From assembly GCF_000485595.1 (NCBI RefSeq), contig NW_014577062.1:1704359-1751859 (forward strand): a DNA stretch of 47,501 nt, written 5' to 3'. Positions within the stretch are counted from its first letter, which is position 1. Each line of letters starts with the position of its first letter. The translations under genes and the position numbers were made by a program. Positions 20,423-34,045 of this stretch are shown piece by piece. This DNA is from Priapulus caudatus. Taxonomy: Eukaryota. A model generated the notes under the pieces. That model was not told the origin of the DNA and did not search any database. It was given only the letters and a program-made list of their open reading frames with translations.

Positions 20423-23308
20423 GTACGCGTGAGGGGTAGATGGTGGATGGAGTAGTGCTGTACACGTGAGGGGTAGATGGTGGATGGAGTAGTGCTGTAC
20501 ACGTGAGGGGTAGATGGNGAGGATATGGATGGAGTAGTGCCTGTACACGTGGGGGTAGAATTTGGTGGATGAGTAGTGCTGTATCACGTGAGGGGTAGAT
20601 GTGGATTGGAGTAATGCTGTACCACGGTGAGGGTAGATGGTGGATGGGAGTAATGCGTATCACGTGAGGGGTAGATGTGGATGGAGTGGAGTAGTGCTGT
20701 TCACTTGAGGGTAAGATGGTGGATTGAGTAATCGCGTACACGTGAGGGGTAGATGGTCGGATGAGTAGTGCTGTACACGTGAGGGTAGATTGGTGGATTG
20801 GAGTAATGCTGTAACACGTGAGGGGTGAAGATGTGGATGGAGTAAGTGCTGTACCACGTGAGGGTAGATGGTGGAATGAAGAGTGCTGGTAGGCACGTGA
20901 GGGTAGATGTGGATGGAGTAGTGCTGTACAACGTGGAGGGTAGATGGGGATGGTAGTGCTGTACACGTTGAGGGGTAGGATGGGTGGATTGGATAGATGC
21001 TGTACACGTAGGGTAGATGTGATGAGTAGTGGCTGTAGTCACGTTGAGGTGGTAGATTGGTGGAGGATGGACGTAGTGCGTACACGTGAGGGGTAGATGG
21101 TGGCATGGATTGGAAGTTAGTGCTGTACCGTCGAGGGGTAGAGGTGGATGGAGTTGCTGTACACGTGAGGGGTAGATGGGTGGATGGAGTAAGCTTACCA
21201 CCGTGAGGGCGGTAGATGTGGATTGGATTAAGTAGTGCTGTACACGTGAGGGGTAGATGGTGGAATGAGTAATTGCTGTAGCGACGTGAGGGTAGATGGT
21301 GGATGGAGGTAGTGCTTGTACACGTGAGGGTAGATGGTGGGATGGAGTAGCTGTACACGGTGAGGGGTAGATCGCGTGGATGGATGGAGTAGTGCTGTAC
21401 ACGTGAGGGGTAGATGGTGGATGGATGGAGTAGTGCTGTACACGTGAGGGGTAGATGGTGGATGGAGTAGTGCTGTACACGTGAGGGGTAGATGGTGGAT
21501 GGAGTAGTGCTGTACACGTGAGGGTAGATGGTGGATGGATTAGTGCCTGACACGTGAGGGTAGATGGTGGATGGCGTAATGCTGATAGCACTGAGGGGTA
21601 GATGGTGGATGGAGTAAGTGCTGTACACGTGAGGTAGAAGTGGATGGAGTAAGTGCTGTAGCACGTGAGGGTAGATGGTGGATGGATGGACGTAGTGGTG
21701 TACACGTAGGGTATGATGGTGGATGGATGGAGTAGTGCTCGTACACGTGAGAAGTAGATGTGGATGGTGAGTAATGCTGTATCACGTGAGGGTCAGATGG
21801 TGATGGAGTAGTGCTGTACTCATCGTGAGGGTAGATGGTGGATGGAGTAAGTGCTGCGTAGCACGTGAGGGGTAGATTGTGGATGGATGGAGTATATGCT
21901 GTACACGCTGAGGGGTAAGATGTGGATGGAGTAGTGCGCTGACACGTGAGGGTAAGATGGTGGATGAAGTACTGATGGTACCGTGAAGGGTAGATGTGGA
22001 TGGAGTGGAGTAGTGGCGTACACGTAGGGTAGATGGTGGATGGATGCAGTAATGCTGTGACACGTGCAGGGGTAGATGGTGGCAGTGGAGTAGTGCTGTA
22101 CACGTGAGGGTAGATTGGTGGATGAAGTAATGATGTACACGTGAGGGGTAGAATGGTGGATGGGAGTAAGTGCTGGTACACGTGAGGGCTGATGGTGTGA
22201 TGGAGTAATGCTGTACCATCGTTGAGGGGTAGATGGTGGATGGCATGTAGGTCTGTTACAGCGTGAGGGGTAGAGTGGTGGATGGAGTAGTGCTGTACAC
22301 AGTGAGGGTAGATGGGGATAGTAATGATGTACACGTGAGGGGTAATGGTGGATGGAGTAATTGCTGTTACACGTGAGGCGGAGATGGTGATGGATAGTGC
22401 TGTACCGTGAGGGGTAATTTGGTGGATGGAGTAATGCTGTACACGGGAGGGGTAGATGGTGATGAGTAGTGCGTGTACACGTGGAGGGCAGTAGATGTGA
22501 TGAGTAGTGCTGTATCATGGGCGTGAGGGGTAGAATGGTGAGTGGAGTAGTGCTTTACACGTGAGGGAGTAGATGGGGAGTGGAGTAGTGCTTGTACACG
22601 TGAGGGGTAGATGGTGGATGGAGTATGTGGCTGGTACACGTGAGGGTAAGATTGTGGGTGGAGTAGTGCTGTACACGTGGAGGGTAGATGTGGATGGAGT
22701 AGGGCTGTACACGTGAGGGTAGATGGTGATGGAGTAGTGCTGTACACGTTGAGGGGTAGATTGGTGGATGAGTAGTGCTTGTAACACGTGAGGGGTAGAT
22801 GGTGGATTGGAGTAGTGCTGTACACGCTGGAGGGTAGATGTGGATGAGTATGCTTATCACGTGGGGGTAGATGGTGGATTGGATAATGGCTGTAGCATCG
22901 TGAGGGTAGATGGTGGATGGAGTAGCTGGTACACGTGAGCCGTAGATGGTGGAGTGGCAGTAATGCTGCCTACACGTGAGGGTGAGATGGTGGATGGCGA
23001 GTAGTGCTTGTACACGTGAGGCGAGCTAGATGGTGGATGAGTAGTGCTGTACGACGCTGAGGGGTAGATGGCTGGCATGGAGCTTAATGGCTGTACACGT
23101 GAGGCGGTAGATGGTGGATGCGAGTATTGCTGTACACGTGAGCGGGTAGATGCGTGGATGGAGTAGTGCTTGTATACGGTGAGGTAGATGGTGGAGTGGA
23201 GTTAGTGCTGTTACACGCTGAGGGGTAAGATGGTGGATGGATGGAGTAGTGCTGTACACGTTGAGGGTAGATGAGTGGATTGGATGGGAGTAGTGCTGTA
23301 CCACGTGC
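20423..23308. repeat. 37-bp satellite array, roughly 75-80 units
   Basis: Consensus TACACGTGAGGGGTAGATGGTGGATGGAGTAGTGCTG (clean copies start at 20461 and 20498); many single-base indels along the array. Confidence 0.95.
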
Positions 23309-23597
23309 ACCACCGCCCGCCGCCGTCTCTTGGATACTGCTACATATCATCTCCGACTCACACACACTCGCGCACGCACGCAAGCACGCACGCGCACTCA
23401 CACACACACAATCCTGATACATATATTTATATACATATACATTTATGTCTGTATAACAAAATCTCTCGCAGCTAAAATGTATTTTTCTAATTGAAATAAT
23501 ATAAGATAATGAAGTAGTCAAGGATAACAGATCCAAGGTTTTCAGTGTTAAAAACATGCCCCTCCCGTTTCTTTCTTATTTATATTTCTCTTTATCC

Positions 23598-23762
23598 ATC
23601 CTCTCTCTGTCTCTCTGTCTCTCTGTCTCTCTCTCTCTCCCTCTCTCCCTCCCTCCCTCCCTCACTCCCTCCCTCCCCCTCTCTCACCCCCTTTCTTTTT
23701 CTCAGTCTCTGTCACTGTATCTACCTGTCTCTCTGTCTGTCTCTGTCTGTCTCTTTCGCGCG

Positions 23763-23824
<62 letters not shown>

Positions 23825-23835
23825 AACTCTCTCTG

Positions 23836-23870
<35 letters not shown>
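23598..23870. repeat. (CT)n/(GA)n-rich microsatellite; similar tracts at 33760-33995, 40015-40080 and 42680-42800
   Basis: Read directly from sequence. Confidence 0.95.
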
Positions 23871-23874
<4 letters not shown>

Positions 23875-24837
23875 CGCCTACTTGCTCTTATTATTCGCTT
23901 GTAATTGCGCGTGTGGTGTCTGTGGGCGTTTCTGTCTCTCTTTCTCTCGCGCGCGTTCTCTCTCACTAACCTTCATCTGGTAATATTGCCTAGTCCGCCG
24001 TCTCTGCAACCCCCATGTAAGCGTGCCTCTATCAATCAACTTGTTAAAATATTGTTGTAGCATATGTATCGCACGGGCCGTTCGTTTACTTCTTGCTAAT
24101 TATCCAATCAATCAAAACTGTCATCATCGTTCAATCAGCAACGCAATCGATCATTCAAGTCGGGACAAGCAGTCATTACAATACAGGTGTGACGGGGCAT
24201 TTTAAGATCTAATAAAATACCGCTTTGCTTCGTTGTTGTCGTCGGTTCGGCAGAGGCGTGTGACATGTTGAGTTTGTTACGCGTTTTGCAATCGTGTGCT
24301 TATTCTTAATTAACGTATGCGTAGACACGTAGTCTTCTAGCGAAAAAATGCTGTTTCGGACGACTGAACCGTGCGCGCGTGCGTGCGTACGCGCGTGCAT
24401 GAGTGCAATGTTCGTCATAGACAGCAATCAGAGACAAGACACAATATACACACCAGCTTGAGCTTTTTTTTTATTTTTGCTCGCATTTATGTGTGAACCC
24501 CACGACGATACATGGATGGCGATGAGCGGGTCCTGTCTCACAGTTTAATTATGCCGAGTCCGTGTAATTTGACATGGATGATGGGGAAGGTCAGGAAATA
24601 TGCGGTCAGTGCTGCGAGTTGTGTGGCTGAACGCGCGCGCGCGTGCGTGCGTGTGTGCATGCGTGCGTGCGTGCGTGTATGTATGTGTATAACTGTCTTT
24701 TATGTATCTAGCAATCTAGCGGTAAGTTCGCGTAGGCGTGCATGCGGCCACCGTCGATGCAACGCAGCCACCGTGTATTAGCATGCACAGCTATCCCGCC
24801 AGGAACGCGAGCGAAAACTGTTTATTTATGTATTTTT

Positions 24838-25872
24838 GTTAGCTCATCTGACATAGTCAGATGCAGCTTGTAGAATCGCATGAGCGTGCGTCCGTGCGTC
24901 CGTGCGTCCGTCCGTGCGTACGTCAACAGTTGGACACAAATCTAAACGGCTCGACGTACGGCCACGATATTCGGGACGTGGGGGGCAATCCGAAAACGAG
25001 TTGTGATGTCGAAGCTGGGTGTCAAAGGTCAAGAGGTGTCTTTGAGGTCTGTGAGGTCTTTTACGACGGGGGAACATTCCTTCCTTAACTTAAGGTATAG
25101 GGAGGAAATGCAGAATTGCGGCACAAATCTAAACGGCTCGACCTAGGCTCGTGATAGTCGGTGTATAGCATCATGGTATAGGAAAAGCCATCACTGTGCC
25201 GAAATTGGAGGTCACAAGTCAAAGGTCAATGGGGCACGGCAGATTTTAGACATTTTCTGAGGACATGGTCTGACGGAGCGATTGAAAAACATTTTTGTTT
25301 CAGCGGTGACCTACCATTTTTATGGCTTTATTGAAAGGACCATGAAATGTACTTTCCGCTGACATGCGAAGAGTAAGTGTCGGATAACCTTTTGACCCTC
25401 AAGAGGAGGGTTAAACATTGATTTGTTAACTGTTAACAAAGGACTGAACTGCTTTTGCTATTATTAGAGCCCATACCTGTGTGAATGTGAGGCTACAGTT
25501 GCACAGTTGAATTGCAAAGGCAAATGTTTGTTGAACAAGGTTAAATCATATTATTTTCTAAAGCAGTCTGTCTATAGCACCCTGGAGGCTGAATCAGTGA
25601 ATGCTCGCGTGGGTAAGCAAAAACACGGGACAGCCCATGGCTGGCGCGCTTCTAATCATAATTGTTGCCTGCCAAGCTGCAATGCACATGTGTATGCAAT
25701 GCATAGAGATTAGGTGGGTGCGAAAGTGTAGCTGATATAATTGTTTGAATTGGCTACGAAAGTCAAACAAGAATAAAGAAGACTTATGTATAAGACGTCT
25801 TGCTATGCACAAATGAATTTATCAGCAGAACACCAGACACCAGATGAGCCCTGTCGCACTGCGGCACTTGTT
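24838..25872 (+). mobile_element. Helentron-associated interspersed element (HINE/DINE-1-like)
   Basis: T-rich 5' flank; subTIR GCTCATCTG with an adjacent inverted copy (GTCAGATG); (CGTC/CGTG)n microsatellite; two diverged ~190-bp internal repeats (CACAAATCTAAACGGCTCGAC at 24935 and 25122); right subTIR CAGATGAGC at 25841, short hairpin, then ACTTGTT. Confidence 0.78.
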
Positions 25873-26058
25873 ATATATATATATATATAATTCCATTTAT
25901 CGGTCCATCTATCTCTGCAAACTTTGTACACGTGCGCGGCAGACACGTACCTCGAGAAATAATATAGGGAGCGGCAGTGATCCTGTCACGCAAACAAAAG
26001 TTTAAATGCACGCCGCCGCGGGGTCTCTCGTAGGAGTCTCCGGCATCGGGCAATACGC

Positions 26059-26097
<39 letters not shown>

Positions 26098-26170
26098 GAG
26101 TGTATAATAGGGATATTATACACTCCTGATATATATGCTTGTGCGTGTGTGTGTGTGTGCGCGCGCGCGC

Positions 26171-26201
<31 letters not shown>

Positions 26202-26857
26202 TGTGTGTGTGTGTGTGTGTGTATTCCCGAGTGGCAAACCGTTGGTCAGTGTGGGCAAGTCAGTCAACGGCGTGTTCACACGGTCCGTTATTCCGCGCAA
26301 ATAAATATATTATAATGCTGGGCGCAGGTAGGTACGTGTGCAGGTAGCGTGCGCGTGTATAGCCGTCGCCGCGCTGGCCTCAAGGCTTTCCTGTGTTCGA
26401 GATATCAATTATCGACAGACAGTGGCATAATTGCGAGAAAATGACGGGTGTGTGTGCGGGGAAGCACCGGCCCGCGATCGTAGAAGCAGCGGCAGTAGCA
26501 GCGGCGGCGGCGGCGGCGGCGTGGCTTTGTATGCAGATTAAACGGCACTTGTCGCGGCGATCGGTGCCGTCCTAGGTACCGCAGGGACGTGACATGTTAA
26601 TGCTTCTAATTACGGGTTGTGTGTCGGTCCGGCCGGCTAGTAGCAACAGCAGGTGACTGTGCTGCTGCATGATGACTGGCGGGCAACGCACATGCACGCG
26701 TCGTTGCCGTGTGGGGAGGTGCTGCTAGAAGCGCGGAGACGTTCTGGCAGTACGCAAGCTGTCGCGAGATGGACGCACGCACGCACACACGCACACACGC
26801 GCACGCGCACACACATACACACACACACAATACACAACACACACACACACACACACA

Positions 26858-26892
<35 letters not shown>

Positions 26893-26913
26893 NNNNNNNN
26901 NNNNNNNNNNNNN
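26893..26913. other. Assembly gap (N run) between (CA)n and (CT)n tracts
   Basis: N characters. Confidence 0.99.
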
Positions 26914-26941
26914 TCTCTCTCTCTCTCTCTCTCTCTCTCCT

Positions 26942-26986
<45 letters not shown>

Positions 26987-27170
26987 CTATTCAGGCGAGT
27001 GCGTCTATAATGTACTCCCCTGCGAAGAATAAACAGACAAGGTGATAAAAGTGAAATAGCTGTTGAAATGTCCTTTATGTCCCGCCCATCATCATCGCGT
27101 GCGCACTCTATTCGAACTTACGACACGGACGACGAGGTCATTATATATAACCATCCGCGCGCGCACACAA

Positions 27171-27250
<80 letters not shown>

Positions 27251-27537
27251 TGCATGTATTATGCTGTAATTACGCGTGTGTATTGTATGTTACATATAAC
27301 CAGCTAGAAGATGCCGACAATCGTTAACCGCTGACAGGATGAACTGGTAAATGATGTATAGGGGATGTATGAAGCGCACAGCGTATTATCAATGGTTGCT
27401 TCTGAAATGTGAAGGCATATCGAGAGAGGAATGACGGTGATTAGTGCATGCAGGCAGTCTCTCACGCGATGGCAGTATACCCATCACAGCTGTCTGAACG
27501 ATGCATTACGACAAGCGACGAACAATTCGGAGTACAT

Positions 27538-27805
27538 GAATGAATCAATCAGAGAAACATGATGAATACAAATGTAATTCAATCAATCAATTAATCAATC
27601 AAGCAATCAGTCACTTATTCAATTAATCAATCAACCAACCAAACAACCAATCAATCAGACAGTCTATAAACTAACCAATCAATCAGTCAACTAATCAATC
27701 AATTAATCAATCGATCAATCAATGGAATCAATCAGTAAACCAACCAATCAATCAAACAGTCAACCAACCAGTCAATCAATCAAGTAATCAAACAAACAAT
27801 CAATA
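27538..27805. repeat. Degenerate (AATC/AACC)n tetranucleotide repeat
   Basis: Read directly from sequence. Confidence 0.85.
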
Positions 27806-29315
27806 TATTCTAGCCTCACCGCCAGGTGGCCAGTTAGTGATTCCGCTTACAGCTTATCCGAATTCAATTTCGCTCTGAGATTCGCCTGACGGTGCTCTCG
27901 AGTCTGTGAAATGATGGGGAAATGATAGCGAGATGATATCTGTGGGGCGTGTGCGTACACTTGATGACGTAAATCTATCTAGCCTTCTAGCAAGCGTAAT
28001 CTGGGCCAGAACCATTTATTCTCGGCTTTTTCAATTGCGTATGACGGGCCTGTAACCTCCGGTCATGCGCCCTCTGCATAAAAGGCCGCGACACTCACAC
28101 ATCGTTGCTGTTAACTGGCGCTCGTTCTGTAACAAAGACATAGAATATACGTGCAGCTTGAAGTGTGCGCTTATTATACTAGAGGATAGAAAATCGCGAA
28201 TAATTATGTACGATTATTGGATCACATTAATATTGCACGAGGTTTGAATGATACGGATGATATAGAAACATAGGATATCATGAATAACACGTGAAGTTGG
28301 CATGACATGAATAATGGGGAGCGATGGGGTAACATCAGGAGTGCACAATATAGAGAACATGTATCTATATCATGTAATCCTGATAACATGATTGACATGT
28401 AAGGATGAAGTATAGCATGAATAATAATTGAGGTTGAAATAACATAAATAATACAAGAAGAGGTATAACGTGAATATTATATGATGTCGTGTGGTTGTGA
28501 TTACTTTAAATACCATAAAATTAGTAATACTTAAGATTGTAATAATTATATAAATAATACACGAGGATAGGTCGCATCATAACCTCCATGGACGCTTACT
28601 TTCGCCCGGGTCCTCCCCTCTTCCACGTACGTTGTTCTGCCCGTTCCTATCTTTGCCTATTTGACACTGGCCCTGTCTGAATGTACTCGCCTCGCCTTAT
28701 TGTAGTGGCCCTAGGGGTGGTCACAACCGGATTTATTACCTAGCTCCTACTTCTGTCCTTATTTCCGTTCTGATGCTTCCTGGTTCTATTTACTTTATTT
28801 TTCAACTATTTTATTGGTGTAAACTTAATTCTGTCCTGCCCTCCCCCTTTCCACTCCCGCGTATAACCACTTTCCCCTGCATCTCTTTGTGTTCACTTTC
28901 AAATGGCTGAATCATGTTCAAATTTGTTATCTCTACTTGACATTTCTCTCTTGCCATCCATTCGCGGCGTCTCTTGCTCTCAGCGGCGCGTTAGCAGCTT
29001 TTATCAGCCGCACGTCGAGCGATCCATATTATTCCACGTGTCTAACTCGCAGCAAGTTTTATTTGATTGGTTGCGACAAAACACATATCAGCCGTGAAAT
29101 TATGCAAATTATGTTTAATTACAGACTGTAACCTCCAGTAGCGAGCAGCACAACTCGCCCGTAAGAATGTCGTTTTTATTCCTCTTCTACCTCCTAAATA
29201 ATATATAATAATATATATATTATGTAATTACCGATAGCGTGACACTTTCATATTGTCATGCGTGTTCCACCCACGACTCTGGCGTTGGCAACCATACCGT
29301 TGGTATCGCCACTCA

Positions 29316-29690
29316 TATCCCTGCTAGCGCCACCCATGCCGCTGATGGTGGCAGCCATACCCTGCTAGCGCCACCCATGCCGCTGATGGGGGCAGCCATA
29401 CCCTGCTAGCGCCACCCATGCCACTGATGGTGGCAGCCATACCCTGCTAGCGCCACCCATGCCGCTGATGGTGGCAGCCATACCCTGCTAGCGCCACCCA
29501 TGCCACTGATGGTGGCAGCCATACCCTGCTAGCGCCACCCATGTCACTGATGGTGGCAGCCATACCCTGCTAGCGCCACCCATGTCGCTGATGGTGGCAG
29601 CCATACCCTGCTAGCACCACCTATTCCGCTGGGGGCGCCACCCATGTCGATCGTGGCGCCACCCATGCCGCTCGTGGCGCCACCCATGCC
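29316..29690. repeat. 41-bp minisatellite, 7 near-identical units plus degenerate flanks
   Basis: ATACCCTGCTAGCGCCACCCATGCCRCTGATGGTGGCAGCC starting at 29316, 29357, 29398, 29439, 29480, 29521 and 29562, with a partial unit at 29603. Confidence 0.95.
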
Positions 29691-30285
29691 ATTTGCGGAG
29701 TTAACGATGGCCATGCAGGTTTAAACTATGCACGCAGACTGGCGTGCGGCGAGTGTACGCACAGGCAGTGAGTGCGCGTCGCTCGCAGGCATGTCTCGCA
29801 TGTCTCGTCTCTAGGCGGGCGCCGCGTCGCGTAGTGTCGGGTTGCCGGCACCGGTCCGCCTCGTCGAAACGTCAAATTATCTCCGCCGTTTTTTTCAATT
29901 TATTGATACAAATTGGAAGAAAGGCGAGAGAGCGAGACCGATGAGAGAGCGCGCGCAGCCAGCGGCTCCTCGAGCCGGCGACGTGACGACAGAGCGTCGT
30001 CGGCCGTCCTGTGATTGAGCACTGCCCCTCGGCGACCGGCTTAGACAGGCGGCGGCGTTCCCCGCATTTTCGCGAACCAGTCGCCGCGGTGCTGCTGTGC
30101 CCGTAGCTCGAGTACTACGCAGGAGCGAAGGGCTATAGTACTAGAGCTACTGTGCCCGGTGATCGGGCGGCGCGCAGAATTCTTCCATCAGCGCGTTGGC
30201 CGTAACATGAGCATGCGAGTGCGCGGGAAGACGTATAATATTATAGTAACGTGAGACGCGATTAACGCTGGGGAGGGGGTGCAAG

Positions 30286-30331
<46 letters not shown>

Positions 30332-31994
30332 CGGGGCGAGCTGACTGAACGACAGAATATATAAGTAAAACGCCTGCGTCTCTCCACAAAAGTGGAGCTA
30401 GGTGCTTCATAATGAGGGGGACGGTTATGTTCGCGACGCGGCATTCGGCAGGTTTAATTATCTGGGAACCGAGAGACGCAAGGTAACACTTGTCGCGATT
30501 CGTGATCAGAAGTCACCCGGAACACGGGAACGTCGCAATTTTCCATTTTAATTGACCGGGAACTGGGAAATCGAATTTTTTACCTGGGAAACATGGCAAT
30601 CGACCTTCCCGGTCCCCTATCTTCATTTAGTTACTATCTGCTATATCAATATGTGTTTTAACAGTCATCGTGCCGTGAATGCTATTGCTGCTATTTTCGT
30701 CGTCGCTACTACTATAGCGTCGTGTACTCCTCATCATCTCGACATCATTTGTCGCAGTTTGAACTCACGACACAATAACCGTTAAAAATATCAGCAGGTT
30801 TTCTTCTGCCCTTGTAGACTATTTTGTTTTTAAAAACTTGACACGTGCGGCTCCATGTGTCAGGATGTATTCTGCAGACGTCTTGCAGACGGCATTTTGC
30901 TATAACGCAGAAGTGAAGCATGGTCCATTTGTAATATTGACATGCGATGCCGCGCTAGTTTAGTGTTTAACACAGGTTCTAAATAAAGTTACATAATAGA
31001 AGTATTACAAATATACATAAAAACTAAAAACAAGTAGTGAAATATGGCCTCGCCGATCAGTAGACAGGCTACTTTTTACAACAACCTGACAATACCAAGA
31101 ATTTATGTTGTTATAGTATGTCAACTGGTAATTGAACTTGTCACAACACAACGCTACATATATGATTGTTCGGACAATTGATTTATTAATGGCGCATTAG
31201 AGACAAGTGCACTTAATTCCAACAAAATAAGAATCTGATCCTGCGTATGAGAGATGTTTAGTGTTATCCCGACAAAGTTCAAGAATCGAGATATATGGCG
31301 GCGTAAAACAAAACGGGAAATCTAAATTCTAATCATTCAGGTTTTGGTATTGCCGGATTTCTCTTTAAGAGGAGAAATTGTGCAGCGCAATTACCATCCA
31401 TCACTTCTGGGCTGTTTCCTGATACCTCCTAATAGAAATGTTAACTGCATTATTCAAGGTGTGTCACACCACTCCGAAAACTGAACCTAATCCACTTAAC
31501 TTGCTTGACTCATTTAGATCGCATTTGTTACCAATCAGAGTGCGCCTTCCTATGAGAAGCAATGCAGCCTGACGTTTTCCTGCTCGTAAACGACAAGGAA
31601 CCCGTCTAGCCAGTAGGTGGCGCAACATTCGCAGATGACAGGTGACAGGGTACACTCCTATTTTTACGACGCTTTTGCTCATTATATGTCACGTCGCATT
31701 GGTATTGTTCCCATTTCCTGAAATGAACGTTAATTATATTGAGTGACGAAATAATTACCGAGGTAGCCATACACACACGTGTGACAAACGTCGTAACTAA
31801 TAGAACAATTAACGTGTTAATTAAGTATAAGCGTCATTCAAAGTCATGACGACAGTAGCTTGCTATTGTGCGACGTTCTTTGTCAAACGCAATGACGTAG
31901 GCATAGCCGTACATGTATAACATCAAGCGTGAATGAAAACAAAAACAAATATTGTTGTACCTTTATTCACTCCTGATTATTATCAACTTGTTAT

Positions 31995-32225
31995 TATGTA
32001 GGTATAACGGTATAACCGTGCGTGTATAATTCGTAGGTGTGAAGTAGGTATAACCGTACATTCATAATATACGTAGGTATATAATGTATAACCATTCAGA
32101 TATTATACTTAGATATAACATAGGTATAACCTTACATTATAATACGTAGCTATAACGTATGTATAACCTTATATGTATAGTAAGGAAATGTAACGAAGGT
32201 TTTACCATGCATGTATTATACGTAT
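31995..32225. repeat. Degenerate AT-rich tandem repeat built on GTAGGTATAAC
   Basis: Repeated GGTATAAC/GTATAACC motifs. Confidence 0.6.
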
Positions 32226-32229
32226 ATAT

Positions 32230-32269
32230 CAAGAGTAGATAATAACACATGTGTTATTATCTACTCTTG
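32230..32269. repeat. Perfect 40-bp palindrome
   Basis: CAAGAGTAGATAATAACACA|TGTGTTATTATCTACTCTTG. Confidence 0.95.
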
Positions 32270-32400
32270 GTATATATATATTTGTCATATATCTCACGCG
32301 CCTTCGGCTCTCGGTGGACATGCGTATGCGATACATAATATCATATTCTGATATAATGCTGATCATCAAACATCACAGACATCAAAGTAAATCCCATTAA

Positions 32401-33065
32401 AGGAATAATAGGTCCATTGATTATGTAATGTTGACGAATGCTGGAGTAACTGGCACCTTGTGTAGTTAATAATAAGTACATTACCTTATAGCCAAACGCG
32501 TATTAGTTTGTCCAATATCACTGCTGGTTACTAAGAAATGTCTAATCCGCAGTCCAAGAAATCAGTTGTTTACAGTTTCAAACCGCTGCCGGCGAAGCGG
32601 GTGTAATACAGATTTATAGTGCTCCGGACATTTTCGCACGCATGCTCGGCCGTACGCAATGCTATCATCAGTGATTTCGTAAACATGGACGCTCGTGATA
32701 AGGAACTTTTTGTCAGGTCTGTCCACGTGCGTCCGTGATTAGTACGTGTGTTTTACTTTATTTCCATGTTTAGTCCGTGGTCGTGGTTACACCGCTGACA
32801 CCTCCATTTCATCTGGCGTCCAAAACATACGGGCCGCACAAATGTTTACGTCATCGCTTGACTCCTGGATTACATTTACGGCACGTAAATGATACGTTGA
32901 TACATATCAACAACCGATTTCAAGTCTTGTTTTTAATGTAGCCAGCAGTGATATTGGACAAACTAATACGGGTTTGGCTATAAGGTAATATACTTATTAA
33001 CTACACAAGGTGCCAGTTACTCTAGCATTCGTCAACATTGCATAATCAATGGACCTATTCTTCCT
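32401..33065 (-). mobile_element. Kolobok/T2-type MITE, copy 2 (inverted relative to 1007-1681)
   Basis: TTAA at 32397-32400 and 33066-33069; AGG...CCT termini; same TIRs; internal sequence is the reverse complement of copy 1 with small indels. Confidence 0.9.
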
Positions 33066-33374
33066 TTAACATACGTTTCTCGGTTCTATCATTAGAATAT
33101 TCGTCACGATATAAGCATCGACGGACGCACGTCCACCCATGCTGCGCCGTTCAACCACTTTAGTTTATTAGTGACACCGGGTCCGCTACATCCGCGTGCC
33201 GCATCGTAATAACGACTGCATAACGAGCTGCTAACGAGTACTTCCTACATCGTTGGGTAATCCAAATTACATATGCCTGCCTGTGTGGAGCATTTATTAT
33301 ACGAGCAGCGGTACAGCGTACCTTGTGTTTTTTTGTCTTTCTGTGTTGTCTGTGCGTTTGCGCGCCGTGTTGTG

Positions 33375-33424
<50 letters not shown>

Positions 33425-33763
33425 CGTGTGTGTGCGTGTGCGCGCGCGTGTTTGTATGCGTTTGTATGCGCGCGTGCGCGCGTCTGTATGTAGGTTCGTG
33501 CGTGACTGCACGCGTTTATACAAGCGTCTGCTCTGTCTGTCAGAGGCCAAGCGCGTATACAATTAAAACCCGACGCGCGCTATGCAGGCGAAGAGGGCCG
33601 GCGCTAATAAGGCAGGTTGCAACATCACGTCCCAATGCTCCTAATTTCAATACGTCTTTTATTTTCACTTAGAGCGCTCTTGTTGATAAATCGGCGCCGA
33701 CCGAACGCAGACGCCGCGCACTCTCACGCAGACACAACCCTCTCCCCCTCTCGCTTTACTCAC

Positions 33764-33794
<31 letters not shown>

Positions 33795-33997
33795 CTCTTC
33801 TCTCTTTCTCTGGCTTCTTTCTCTGGCTTCTTTCTCTGGCTTCTTTCTCTGGCTTCTTTCTCTGGCTTCTTTCTCTTTTCTGTCCCTCTCACTCTCTCTC
33901 TCTGCTCTCTGTCTCTCTCTCTCTCTCTCTCTCGCTCTCCTCTTGCCTCTCTCGCCTCTCTGTCTCTCTCTCGCGCTGCCTCTCTCTCTCTCTTTAT

Positions 33998-34045
<48 letters not shown>

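Noticed and set aside
20385..23557. Long minus-strand ORFs (up to 334 aa) rich in P/S/T/H/Y
   Set aside because: Translations of the 37-bp satellite; the unit is not a multiple of three and all frames are open by composition.
29316..29690. CRISPR-like regular repeats (also the 37-bp and 36-bp arrays)
   Set aside because: Units are contiguous with no unique spacers, no cas genes are present, and the context is an intron-containing animal genome.
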